A program made the translations under genes and the position numbers. The notes beneath the pieces were generated by a model. It saw nothing but the letters and a program-made list of their open reading frames with translations, was not told the DNA's origin and ran no database searches. From IMG/VR virus record IMGVR_UViG_3300046459_000309, positions 1 through 60,375 of that record: DNA of 60,375 nt; one strand, written 5' to 3'. This document shows, piece by piece, positions 35,132-42,060 of the stretch; position 1 is the stretch's first letter; each line of letters begins with the position of its first letter. Source of the stretch: a virus.

Positions 35132-35667
35132 CCCCGCTTCCGGGCGACTTCGCCCTGACCAAGATCGGCGGCATCACGGGCAAGCTCGTTTCCGCCGGCC
35201 AGGCGCTCATTGGCGACGCCGCTCCGGTCCAGCACGCGTTCGTGTACGTCGGTGACGGCATGGTTGTCCAGGCCATGCCGGGCGGCGCGGAGTTGATCCG
35301 CCTGGAGGACGCGAGTCCCGTTGTCGAGTGGTCGACGGGACACTTCGAGATGGACGGTCAGACGCGGTTCAACATCGCCATGGAGGCGCGTTCCCTCGTC
35401 GGCACTCCGTACAGCTACCTGGACTACGCCTCGCTTGCCCTGGCCCACTTCCGCGTTCGGCCGGCGTGGGTGACGGACTACATCGCGTCGACAGGGCACC
35501 TCATCTGTTCCCAGCTCGTGGACGAGGTCTACCTCCGAGCCGGCGTGCACCTCTTCGACGACGGCCGGTTGCCGGGCGACGTCACGCCTGGGGATCTGTG
35601 GAAGCTGCTGAATCCGCGGCGCGTGACGGCGTCGGACCGAGACCTGTGGAGGTTGGCGAATGAGTGA
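35128..35667 (+). CDS. permuted papain-like (NlpC/P60 / YiiX-type) hydrolase-like protein
   Basis: GTG 35128; ...HAFVYVGDG..., GTPYSYLDY, GHLICSQLVDEVY; assignment from memory, weak. Confidence 0.45.
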   Translation: MTPLPGDFALTKIGGITGKLVSAGQALIGDAAPVQHAFVYVGDGMVVQAMPGGAELIRLEDASPVVEWSTGHFEMDGQTRFNIAMEARSLVGTPYSYLDYASLALAHFRVRPAWVTDYIASTGHLICSQLVDEVYLRAGVHLFDDGRLPGDVTPGDLWKLLNPRRVTASDRDLWRLANE

Positions 35668-36184
35668 GCGATGCGGAACCGGATCGACCCTCGAAGAGCT
35701 GGAGGAGGCATACGAGCGTGCCCGCCAGGCCCGGATCGACCGCTACTACCAAGGCGAGAGCGCCAGCGACATGGCGGAACGCATCGTCGACCTGGAGGAC
35801 GAGCTAGGTGCTGACGTCGACGGCATCAGTACCGGAATGCATGCCGACGTGGCGGAGGCTCAGTGCGAGATCGAGCGCCTGGAGCGCGCCCTCCGTCTCT
35901 CGGAAGCCAAGATCGGTGGGGCCGCGCTCTACGTGGGCCAAGCGAACGCCAGGTCCAACATGCTGGAGAACGCCCTGACGGTGTACGAGGGCATCGCGGA
36001 TGAGCGAGACCGCTACCGCCTTGCCTGGCTCTCTGCCCGCCGGCGTGCCGCGGATGAGGCCAACTTCGGTATGGAGGCATTGGAGCTGCGGGACGCGGAG
36101 ATCGCACGCCTGAAGGCGGAGCTGGACAACCTCCGCAAGTCGACTCACGGAGCCCCGGAGCTGGAGCACGTCTGCACCGACTAG
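35660..36184 (+). CDS. hypothetical coiled-coil protein
   Basis: ORF track; carries palindrome copy 5 near its 3' end. Confidence 0.65.
   Translation: MSERCGTGSTLEELEEAYERARQARIDRYYQGESASDMAERIVDLEDELGADVDGISTGMHADVAEAQCEIERLERALRLSEAKIGGAALYVGQANARSNMLENALTVYEGIADERDRYRLAWLSARRRAADEANFGMEALELRDAEIARLKAELDNLRKSTHGAPELEHVCTD
36131..36152. promoter_or_regulatory. GTCGAC palindrome, copy 5 (ctccgcaagtcgactcacggag), in the 3' end of a CDS
   Basis: Read directly; translated LRKSTHGA. Confidence 0.6.
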
Positions 36185-36223
36185 GGGGACGACGTCTACC
36201 GCCTCCGAAGTTCCTGAAAGTCG

Positions 36224-36255
36224 CGTGCCACATCTGACCGCCAGCACCCCATAAC
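36224..36255 (+). promoter_or_regulatory. bipartite promoter-like motif, copy C
   Basis: cgtgccacat-ctgaccgc-cagcaccccataac; ends 63 nt before ATG 36319. Confidence 0.55.
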
Positions 36256-36318
36256 TAAGTCAGCGGGGGAGAGAACGAGCCCGCTGGCTCACACACCCAA
36301 CGAGAGGAACTCACACAC

Positions 36319-37089
36319 ATGGCGAACAACCTGCGCAGCATCTTCGAGACCGACCCCGACGCCAAGCCGAAGCCGCGGAAGCAGAACTTCTCCGATGACG
36401 TCGTCGGTCGCTTCCGCTCCGGTCGCCTCGTCGGCAAGCAGCCGGAGAGCCTGAACGAGTGGCGCGTCACGACCGGTGATCCGGCCGTTGCTGATGCAGT
36501 GTCGGCGCTCATGGGCGGCACCGCGGAGGAGTGGGACACGGACAAGGAGGACAACCTCCAGATCCTGACCGACTCCAAGTCGGTGGACATCATCATCGAC
36601 TCGTCGGACGCCATCGACGCTTCGATGAAGAAGTTCGGCTTCGGGGGTCTGGAGCACCACTGCGACGGCGTCAAGTTCCTGAGCGACGATGACGCAACCC
36701 TGGTCGGTACCGCCTGCGGCTGCCCGCCGCTGCTCCAGGACCGCAAGGACCGCGCGAAGAGCCAGAAGGGCCCGAAGCCCAGCATCGACGTCACGTTCAA
36801 GCTGGCGGAGCGTCCGGAGCTGGGCTACTTCCGCTTCAACTCCGGCGGCTGGTCCCTCGTGAACGTCCTACACGAGGTGATCGAAGCCGTCGACACCACG
36901 GGCGGGCGCCAGGAGGACGCAGACGGCAAGGTGACCGACAAGGGCCGCCCGGTCCGGGCGTCGCTGACGATCGAGCACGTCGCCTACACGACGAAGGCCG
37001 GTCGCGACGTTGCGTACAACATGCCCGTCATCAAGGTGACCGGCGTCTACGAGGCCGCCCAGCCGGCGGACCTGGCGACGGCTGCCTGA
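36319..37089 (+). CDS. hypothetical Cys/His-containing protein, first gene of the replication operon
   Basis: ORF track; 256 aa; LEHHCDGVKF...GTACGCPP; see finding on a possible RDF. Confidence 0.75.
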   Translation: MANNLRSIFETDPDAKPKPRKQNFSDDVVGRFRSGRLVGKQPESLNEWRVTTGDPAVADAVSALMGGTAEEWDTDKEDNLQILTDSKSVDIIIDSSDAIDASMKKFGFGGLEHHCDGVKFLSDDDATLVGTACGCPPLLQDRKDRAKSQKGPKPSIDVTFKLAERPELGYFRFNSGGWSLVNVLHEVIEAVDTTGGRQEDADGKVTDKGRPVRASLTIEHVAYTTKAGRDVAYNMPVIKVTGVYEAAQPADLATAA

Positions 37090-37108
37090 CCCGTCCCACC
37101 GCACCATC

Positions 37109-37149
37109 TACGAAGCCCCTTCCGAGTAGAGATCGGAAGGGGCTTCGTA
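37109..37149 (+). terminator. perfect 17-bp stem hairpin (tacgaagccccttccga / tcggaaggggcttcgta)
   Basis: Read directly; 7-nt loop; no U-tract. Confidence 0.6.
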
Positions 37150-37182
37150 CTCACGATTCTATGCACACGAAGAGGAGAGAGT

Positions 37183-38358
37183 ATGCCGATCCTGAGCCTG
37201 TGCTCGGGGTATGAGGGCATCGGCCTGGCCGTCGAAGCCTTGACCGGCGACACCGTCGCATACGTCGCCGACGTGGAAGAGGCAGCAGCCACGATCCTGG
37301 CGCACCGATTCCCGGACGCCCCAAACATCGGGGACATCACAGCCTTCGACTGGACCGAGCTTCTCGGCCTCGTCGACATCATCACGGCGGGGTTTCCCTG
37401 CCAGGACATCAGCAACGCAGGCAAGCGGGAGGGGATCGACGGTGACCGGTCTGGCATCTATCGGAACGTCGTTGAGGCGATTCGCGTCCTTCGACCGCGA
37501 CTCGTCTTCCTGGAGAATGTCTCCGCGATCCGGTCGCGCGGGCTCTGGCAAGTCGTCGCCGACCTGGCCTCGGTCGGGTATGACATCCGGTGGATATGCC
37601 TACGAGCTTCCGACGTGGGAGCCGCTCACCACCGAGACAGGTGGTTCGCCGTCGCCTACCCTGCCGACGCCGACGGCCCGCGACTGGAAGTCGGGTGCGT
37701 CGAACCTACACGGCACGAACAGCCGGCCTCTGTCGGAGGTGGCACTCGTGCTGACGAGCCTGAGTGCAGAACATGCGGATGCGGAGAGTCCTTCCACGAC
37801 CACGGGGGCTTCTGCGCGGGATGCTCGGGCTGCTCTGACTCCGAGCTTGGTCGTCCTGAAGACGCCGACGGCACAGCTCGGGTCGAACGGGGCTGCGCAG
37901 CATCCGGAGAAGCGCAAGAGGGGGGGCACGGTCCCACTCTCGATGACGAAGTTTCCTTCCTTCTTCCCCACGCCGACAGCGTCGGATGGGACGGGCGGGC
38001 CGGGGACGAGCCCGAACCGGAAGGGTGGGGAGAACCTGCGTACGACGGTCACTCGCCTGCCGGATGGTGGGGCGACTACCTCCCTGCCATTCGACGGCAG
38101 GAACGCCTGAGCGGACGTGCTGCCCCTGCGCCGACGGAGACGGGACCGCGAGGTGGGCGCCGGCTGACGGCTCGGTTCGCGGAATGGCTGATGTGGCTGC
38201 CTGACGGCTGGGTGACCGCAGTTCCTGGCCTGGCGCCGAAGGGCCGTGACCCTCGGTCCAGGCAACTGAAGGCAATCGGTAACGGCGTTGTACCCGCGCA
38301 GGCATACGAGGCGTTCCACTACCTGCTCACGTTAGACACTCACGAAGAGGAGAACTGA
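37183..38358 (+). CDS. DNA (cytosine-5) methyltransferase; central target-recognition part looks out of frame
   Basis: Motifs LCSGYEG (I), GFPCQDIS (IV), ENV (VI), HHRDRWF (VIII), GNGVVP (X) in this frame; see finding on frame +1 ORF 37442..38110. Confidence 0.7.
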   Translation: MPILSLCSGYEGIGLAVEALTGDTVAYVADVEEAAATILAHRFPDAPNIGDITAFDWTELLGLVDIITAGFPCQDISNAGKREGIDGDRSGIYRNVVEAIRVLRPRLVFLENVSAIRSRGLWQVVADLASVGYDIRWICLRASDVGAAHHRDRWFAVAYPADADGPRLEVGCVEPTRHEQPASVGGGTRADEPECRTCGCGESFHDHGGFCAGCSGCSDSELGRPEDADGTARVERGCAASGEAQEGGHGPTLDDEVSFLLPHADSVGWDGRAGDEPEPEGWGEPAYDGHSPAGWWGDYLPAIRRQERLSGRAAPAPTETGPRGGRRLTARFAEWLMWLPDGWVTAVPGLAPKGRDPRSRQLKAIGNGVVPAQAYEAFHYLLTLDTHEEEN

Positions 38359-38359
38359 C

Positions 38360-38629
38360 ATGGCCCGAACCCCACTCACCGACTTCACCGGAGCCGAGAT
38401 CCGCCCCGGAAAGCTCATCACCTTCAGCACCCGGCGCGGGAATCGTGTCCGCGTCACGGAGGCGGTGGTCCTGGAGACCAAGACGAACCGCGCAGCTGGC
38501 AGGGTCGTTCCGGTCCTGACGGTACGCCCAACAGGGCGCGAGTCGGGCATCAGCTCCCGCAAGACGCTGGCAGTCCAGACCATCGGCGCCGAACACGTCG
38601 TCGTCATCGGTGACGCCCCGACCGCCTGA
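38360..38629 (+). CDS. hypothetical protein
   Basis: ORF track; starts 2 nt after the MTase stop. Confidence 0.65.
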   Translation: MARTPLTDFTGAEIRPGKLITFSTRRGNRVRVTEAVVLETKTNRAAGRVVPVLTVRPTGRESGISSRKTLAVQTIGAEHVVVIGDAPTA

Positions 38630-38644
38630 CCGACCGCACCACTG

Positions 38645-38673
38645 GGCCCCCGCGCACCGACGATGCGGGGGCC
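38645..38673 (+). terminator. GC hairpin (ggcccccgc...gcgggggcc), probable terminator
   Basis: 9-bp stem, followed by ttccgctt. Confidence 0.6.
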
Positions 38674-38698
38674 TTCCGCTTGGCATGGAGGAGAGAAC

Positions 38699-39442
38699 AT
38701 GACGGAATTCAAGGTTGGCGACAAGGTGCGGGCACTCGGCACCGACGACGGAGAGATCACGTACGGACCGGTGCGCAGCACCTTCGACCGCTACACGATC
38801 TACGTGGTACGCAAGGCAAACGGGATGGAGGTCACCTACCAGTCTGGTGATCTGGCTGCGGCCCCCGTCGCCTTCGCGGTCGGCGACAAGGTGCGGAAGA
38901 ACGGCTACACCGCGGAGATCCTGGCCGGCCCCGTTCCGGGCGCGGACACGGGCGAGGACGTCTACCTCTACAAGTACACCGACGGTCCCAACGCCGGTAA
39001 GGGTGGCGGTCAGAGGGCGTTCAGGTTCGAGGCGCTGCCGACGCCCGCCATCGTCCCCGTCGGAACCCGCGTCCGGGTGGACCGTGCGGTGTACGCGGAG
39101 GAGACGCACGGCAAGGTCGGGACGGTGGTGAGTAACACCGGAGACTTCCGAGCAGATGACGGCGACCCCCACGTCTACCGAGTGCAGCTCGGTGGACACG
39201 GGCACGTTCACGCCGCGGAGGTCACGCCCGTCGACGAGCCTGCCGATCCCGCGTGGACCTACAACGGCGTGACCTACGCGCCGGGCGTCGACTACACCGA
39301 CAGCGACGGCGACCCCTGGCGGTTCGCGCTGGTCGACGGCGAACTCCGCGGCGACTACGGACAGTCCCGGTTCCGCATCACGGCCGACTCGTACAGCGTC
39401 GGCTGCGCCGGGAGCACCTACGGCCCGTTTGACCACAGCTAG
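38699..39442 (+). CDS. repeat protein with KVGDKVR (SH3/KOW-like) modules and a C-terminal DxDGDxW motif
   Basis: Frame of ORF 38663..39442; ATG 38699 after GGAGGAGAGA; FKVGDKVRALG, FAVGDKVRKNG, VPVGTRVRVD; WTYNGVTYAPGVDYTDSDGDPWRF. Confidence 0.7.
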   Translation: MTEFKVGDKVRALGTDDGEITYGPVRSTFDRYTIYVVRKANGMEVTYQSGDLAAAPVAFAVGDKVRKNGYTAEILAGPVPGADTGEDVYLYKYTDGPNAGKGGGQRAFRFEALPTPAIVPVGTRVRVDRAVYAEETHGKVGTVVSNTGDFRADDGDPHVYRVQLGGHGHVHAAEVTPVDEPADPAWTYNGVTYAPGVDYTDSDGDPWRFALVDGELRGDYGQSRFRITADSYSVGCAGSTYGPFDHS

Positions 39443-39449
39443 TTCTCTC

Positions 39450-39477
39450 GCCCCCGGCGCCCACGTGGCCCGGGGGC
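39450..39477 (+). terminator. GC hairpin followed by the shared tail gagtgcgt
   Basis: gcccccgg-loop-ccgggggc; same tail as at 30921-30928. Confidence 0.5.
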
Positions 39478-39514
39478 TGAGTGCGTAGGAGCACAGCCGA
39501 GACGAGGAGAGAGC

Positions 39515-39922
39515 ATGGCATCGGCACAGTACGAGACTCGCACGCACATGGTGGAGGAGACGTTCGTCGTCCTCCGACTGACGGAGGACGAGGCGGACAC
39601 GCTGCGGAACGTGGTCGGGCACGCGAGCGGCACCGTAGCTGCGCAGGTATATCGAGCGCTGGAGAAGCCCGCAGCGCTGGAGACGCCCGCAGCGCTGGAG
39701 ACGCCCGCAGCGCCGGAGACGACGGCCGACACCTTCGAGTACGGAGGCGTCACGTACGACATGAGTGCGCGGTATCGGGATCGGGACGGCGACGTCTGGC
39801 ACTTCACGCGATTTGGCGACGTCGTCAGGGGTGGCATTCGGCGCACCGTCGCAGATGAGTGGGACGGGGAGTCAGTCGCCTACGTCGTCGGGTACGGACC
39901 GCTGACGAAGGTCACCGCATGA
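39515..39922 (+). CDS. hypothetical protein with PAALET tandem repeat and DxDGDxW motif
   Basis: ORF track; FEYGGVTYDMSARYRDRDGDVWHF parallels the C-terminus of the upstream gene. Confidence 0.7.
   Translation: MASAQYETRTHMVEETFVVLRLTEDEADTLRNVVGHASGTVAAQVYRALEKPAALETPAALETPAAPETTADTFEYGGVTYDMSARYRDRDGDVWHFTRFGDVVRGGIRRTVADEWDGESVAYVVGYGPLTKVTA
39667..39720 (+). repeat. 3 x 18-bp tandem repeat gcccgcagcgc(t/c)ggagac (PAALET x3)
   Basis: Read directly; third unit has one substitution. Confidence 0.9.
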
Positions 39923-40113
39923 CCGCCATCCACACCATCGACGACGTCAACGCCCCCGCGCTGGGCGACATCCGCGCGGCCGGCAAAGACGACGTCATCC
40001 GCGTCCGCCGGTCGGCGACGGCGCGCAAGGACTTCGCGAAGTACTGGGAAGCCGTCGGTGTCGCGCTCTCGCGCGGCGCCGTGGTCGACGTGAGGAACCG
40101 GGAGGAGAGCTGA
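39919..40113 (+). CDS. hypothetical protein (64 aa)
   Basis: Frame of ORF 39859..40113 from ATG 39919 (ATGA overlap). Confidence 0.55.
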   Translation: MTAIHTIDDVNAPALGDIRAAGKDDVIRVRRSATARKDFAKYWEAVGVALSRGAVVDVRNREES

Positions 40114-40352
40114 TGCAGGACTCATTCGGAACGGCCATCGAAGAGGGCGACTACGTCCTTTCCGCCGCCTCGTCCTCCAGCTACTTCAAGCTGGGCGTCG
40201 TCTACTTCGCACCGTCGGGCCGCCCGATGATGGAGGTCACGCGCTCCAACTGGGACCGCGGAGCGCGACGCAGCGAAGTCGGGTCCAACGTCCTCGTTCT
40301 CCGCAAGGCGGATGGCACGGTACCGGCATACGTGGCGGGGGAGGAAACCTGA
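40113..40352 (+). CDS. hypothetical protein
   Basis: ORF track; TGATG overlap. Confidence 0.6.
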   Translation: MQDSFGTAIEEGDYVLSAASSSSYFKLGVVYFAPSGRPMMEVTRSNWDRGARRSEVGSNVLVLRKADGTVPAYVAGEET

Positions 40353-40567
40353 TGGGCGTCTTCGACGGCAGCATCTACCGCATCCGCGTCCAGTGGGACG
40401 ACGAACCTGACTGGGACGGGCCGTACACGGTTGAGGTCTACACCGACGACCCGGCGGCCTACTTGGCACATCAGGACCCGCGGCCCGACCACGCCAGCGT
40501 TCACGAACTGCACTACACCGTCCGGGACACGGACTTCAGCTACGGCGACTACGTGGAGGTGCCGTGA
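40352..40567 (+). CDS. hypothetical protein
   Basis: ORF track; TGATG overlap. Confidence 0.6.
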   Translation: MGVFDGSIYRIRVQWDDEPDWDGPYTVEVYTDDPAAYLAHQDPRPDHASVHELHYTVRDTDFSYGDYVEVP

Positions 40568-40704
40568 TCGGCGACGAACCCAACCTCCGCATCGTCCGCG
40601 CCGACCCCGACGAAGAGCCGGTTTGCTGCGACAAGCCGCGCAGCGTCTACGCGGCGTGGCCCTGGCTGACGGAGGAGTTCATGAGAGAGGTGGAAGGAAC
40701 ATGA
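40564..40704 (+). CDS. hypothetical protein (46 aa, not in ORF track)
   Basis: GTGA overlap upstream, ATGA downstream; VIGDEPNLRIVRADPDEEPVCCDKPRSVYAAWPWLTEEFMREVEGT. Confidence 0.4.
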   Translation: MIGDEPNLRIVRADPDEEPVCCDKPRSVYAAWPWLTEEFMREVEGT

Positions 40705-40871
40705 GGGCCTATCGGAAGTCGGCCACGCTTCATCAGTACTGCGTCTACCTCACCACCGAGGAGCGGGAGCGGCTTCTCGAAGAACTGCAACGGGTCGTCG
40801 ATCCGTCCTTCTGGCCGACGCTGTCGCGGCTCTACGCACACCTGAACGCACCGAGAGGAGAGGGCGCATGA
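40701..40871 (+). CDS. hypothetical protein (56 aa)
   Basis: Frame of ORF 40431..40871 from ATG 40701. Confidence 0.5.
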   Translation: MRAYRKSATLHQYCVYLTTEERERLLEELQRVVDPSFWPTLSRLYAHLNAPRGEGA

Positions 40872-41104
40872 CGAAGCGACTGACACTCACGCTGGACACT
40901 GCGAACGGCGACCCGAAGTTCCCCGTCTATCAGCTCAGCATCAACGTCATGGCCGACCCGAACAACGGGCACGGCTTCCGCTTGATGGGTCCGAAGTACG
41001 TCGGCCGGAGTCGGAACCTGCGGACCGTGGAGCTGGACCAGCGAGACGCCGACGAGATCTGCGCCATTCTCAACGAGGTGTTCCCGACGGAGGAGGGCGC
41101 ATGA
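40868..41104 (+). CDS. hypothetical protein
   Basis: ORF track; ATGA overlap. Confidence 0.6.
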   Translation: MTKRLTLTLDTANGDPKFPVYQLSINVMADPNNGHGFRLMGPKYVGRSRNLRTVELDQRDADEICAILNEVFPTEEGA

Positions 41105-41406
41105 GCGATCGACAGTTCAAGGACTGCGACGGCGACACGTGGACGGAGTTCGAGCCGGGCAGGCTGCGGCTGACAAAGCGCGCGAACGGTTCACCCGTCT
41201 CGAATGACTGCGAGTGCAGCATCGAAGATGCCCGTGACGACCACGGCCCCCTCACCGAGGTCCGCCCCGACGTCGACGTCCGCGCGCAAGTGGTTGCCGA
41301 CCTCCGCACGAAGGCCGCGCGTGACTGGCCAGGCATCGGCGTATTCCTGGAAGACATCATCGCCATCGTAGAGAGGGGGCCGAATGGCGAACCCGTCGAA
41401 GGCTAA
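41101..41406 (+). CDS. hypothetical protein
   Basis: ORF track; ATGA overlap. Confidence 0.6.
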   Translation: MSDRQFKDCDGDTWTEFEPGRLRLTKRANGSPVSNDCECSIEDARDDHGPLTEVRPDVDVRAQVVADLRTKAARDWPGIGVFLEDIIAIVERGPNGEPVEG

Positions 41407-41791
41407 GGGCACCGCCTGGGAGTCCCTCTGGACCGCCTACATCCGCGAGCACCACAACCCCGCTGCCCATCGCAACGTCCAGACGGGCTCGAAGGACATC
41501 GGCGACGTCAGCGGCTACTACCTCCACGCCTCGGAGCTGAAGGCGGAGCGGACGATCACCCTCTCCTCCTACATCGAGCAGGCGAACCGGGAGGCCGTCC
41601 ACGCCGGCGAGCCCTTCGGCTGCGCGGTCGTCAAGCGGCGCATGAAGGGCGTCGCGGACGGCTACGTCGTGCGCGATGTGGCGACGGATGTGCGGCTGCT
41701 GAACCGGCTGCAGGAGATGGAGGGCGCTCTCCAGGACGTCGCCTTCGACCGCTGGTACGCACTCGACAAGCAGCACAGGGAGGCCGCATGA
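41384..41791 (+). CDS. PD-(D/E)XK nuclease, Holliday-junction-resolvase-like
   Basis: KGTAWE...DIGDVSG...ELKAER...VVKRR pattern resembles Hjc/RecU-type resolvases; weak. Confidence 0.5.
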   Translation: MANPSKAKGTAWESLWTAYIREHHNPAAHRNVQTGSKDIGDVSGYYLHASELKAERTITLSSYIEQANREAVHAGEPFGCAVVKRRMKGVADGYVVRDVATDVRLLNRLQEMEGALQDVAFDRWYALDKQHREAA

Positions 41792-41967
41792 AGCAGCGCA
41801 TCGAGTTCAAGGCGTTCGTCGACATGTACGACGACGAACCGCTGAACCTGACCGACGCGAAGGGCTGGGTGGAGACAGCTCTCCTTCGCGGAGACAAGCA
41901 CGCCAGCGAGTACACGACCACGTTGGATGACGTCACGTTCTTCTCCACCGTCGGCGACGACGAGTAG
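41788..41967 (+). CDS. hypothetical protein (59 aa, not in ORF track)
   Basis: ATGA overlap; MKQRIEFKAFVDMYDDEPLNLTDAKGWVETALLRGDKHASEYTTTLDDVTFFSTVGDDE. Confidence 0.5.
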   Translation: MKQRIEFKAFVDMYDDEPLNLTDAKGWVETALLRGDKHASEYTTTLDDVTFFSTVGDDE

Positions 41968-41986
41968 CCCGCAAATCGACTCACGC
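41968..41986. promoter_or_regulatory. palindrome family, copy 6, variant core AATCGAC (cccgcaaatcgactcacgc)
   Basis: Starts right after the TAG stop; followed by a terminator. Confidence 0.55.
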
Positions 41987-41994
41987 AAGTGCCT

Positions 41995-42026
41995 AGCCCC
42001 CTGACTCTCCGGAGCAGGGGGCTTTT
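41995..42026 (+). terminator. rho-independent terminator
   Basis: agccccctg-loop-cagggggct then tttt. Confidence 0.8.
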
Positions 42027-42060
42027 GGCGTAGGAGACCGCCCACGACGGAAGGAGAGCC

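Noticed and set aside
37442-38110. ORF 37442..38110 considered as an independent gene
   Set aside because: It has no SD and starts inside methyltransferase motifs VI-VIII of the other frame. It is more likely the displaced middle of the methylase gene (see finding) than a separate gene.
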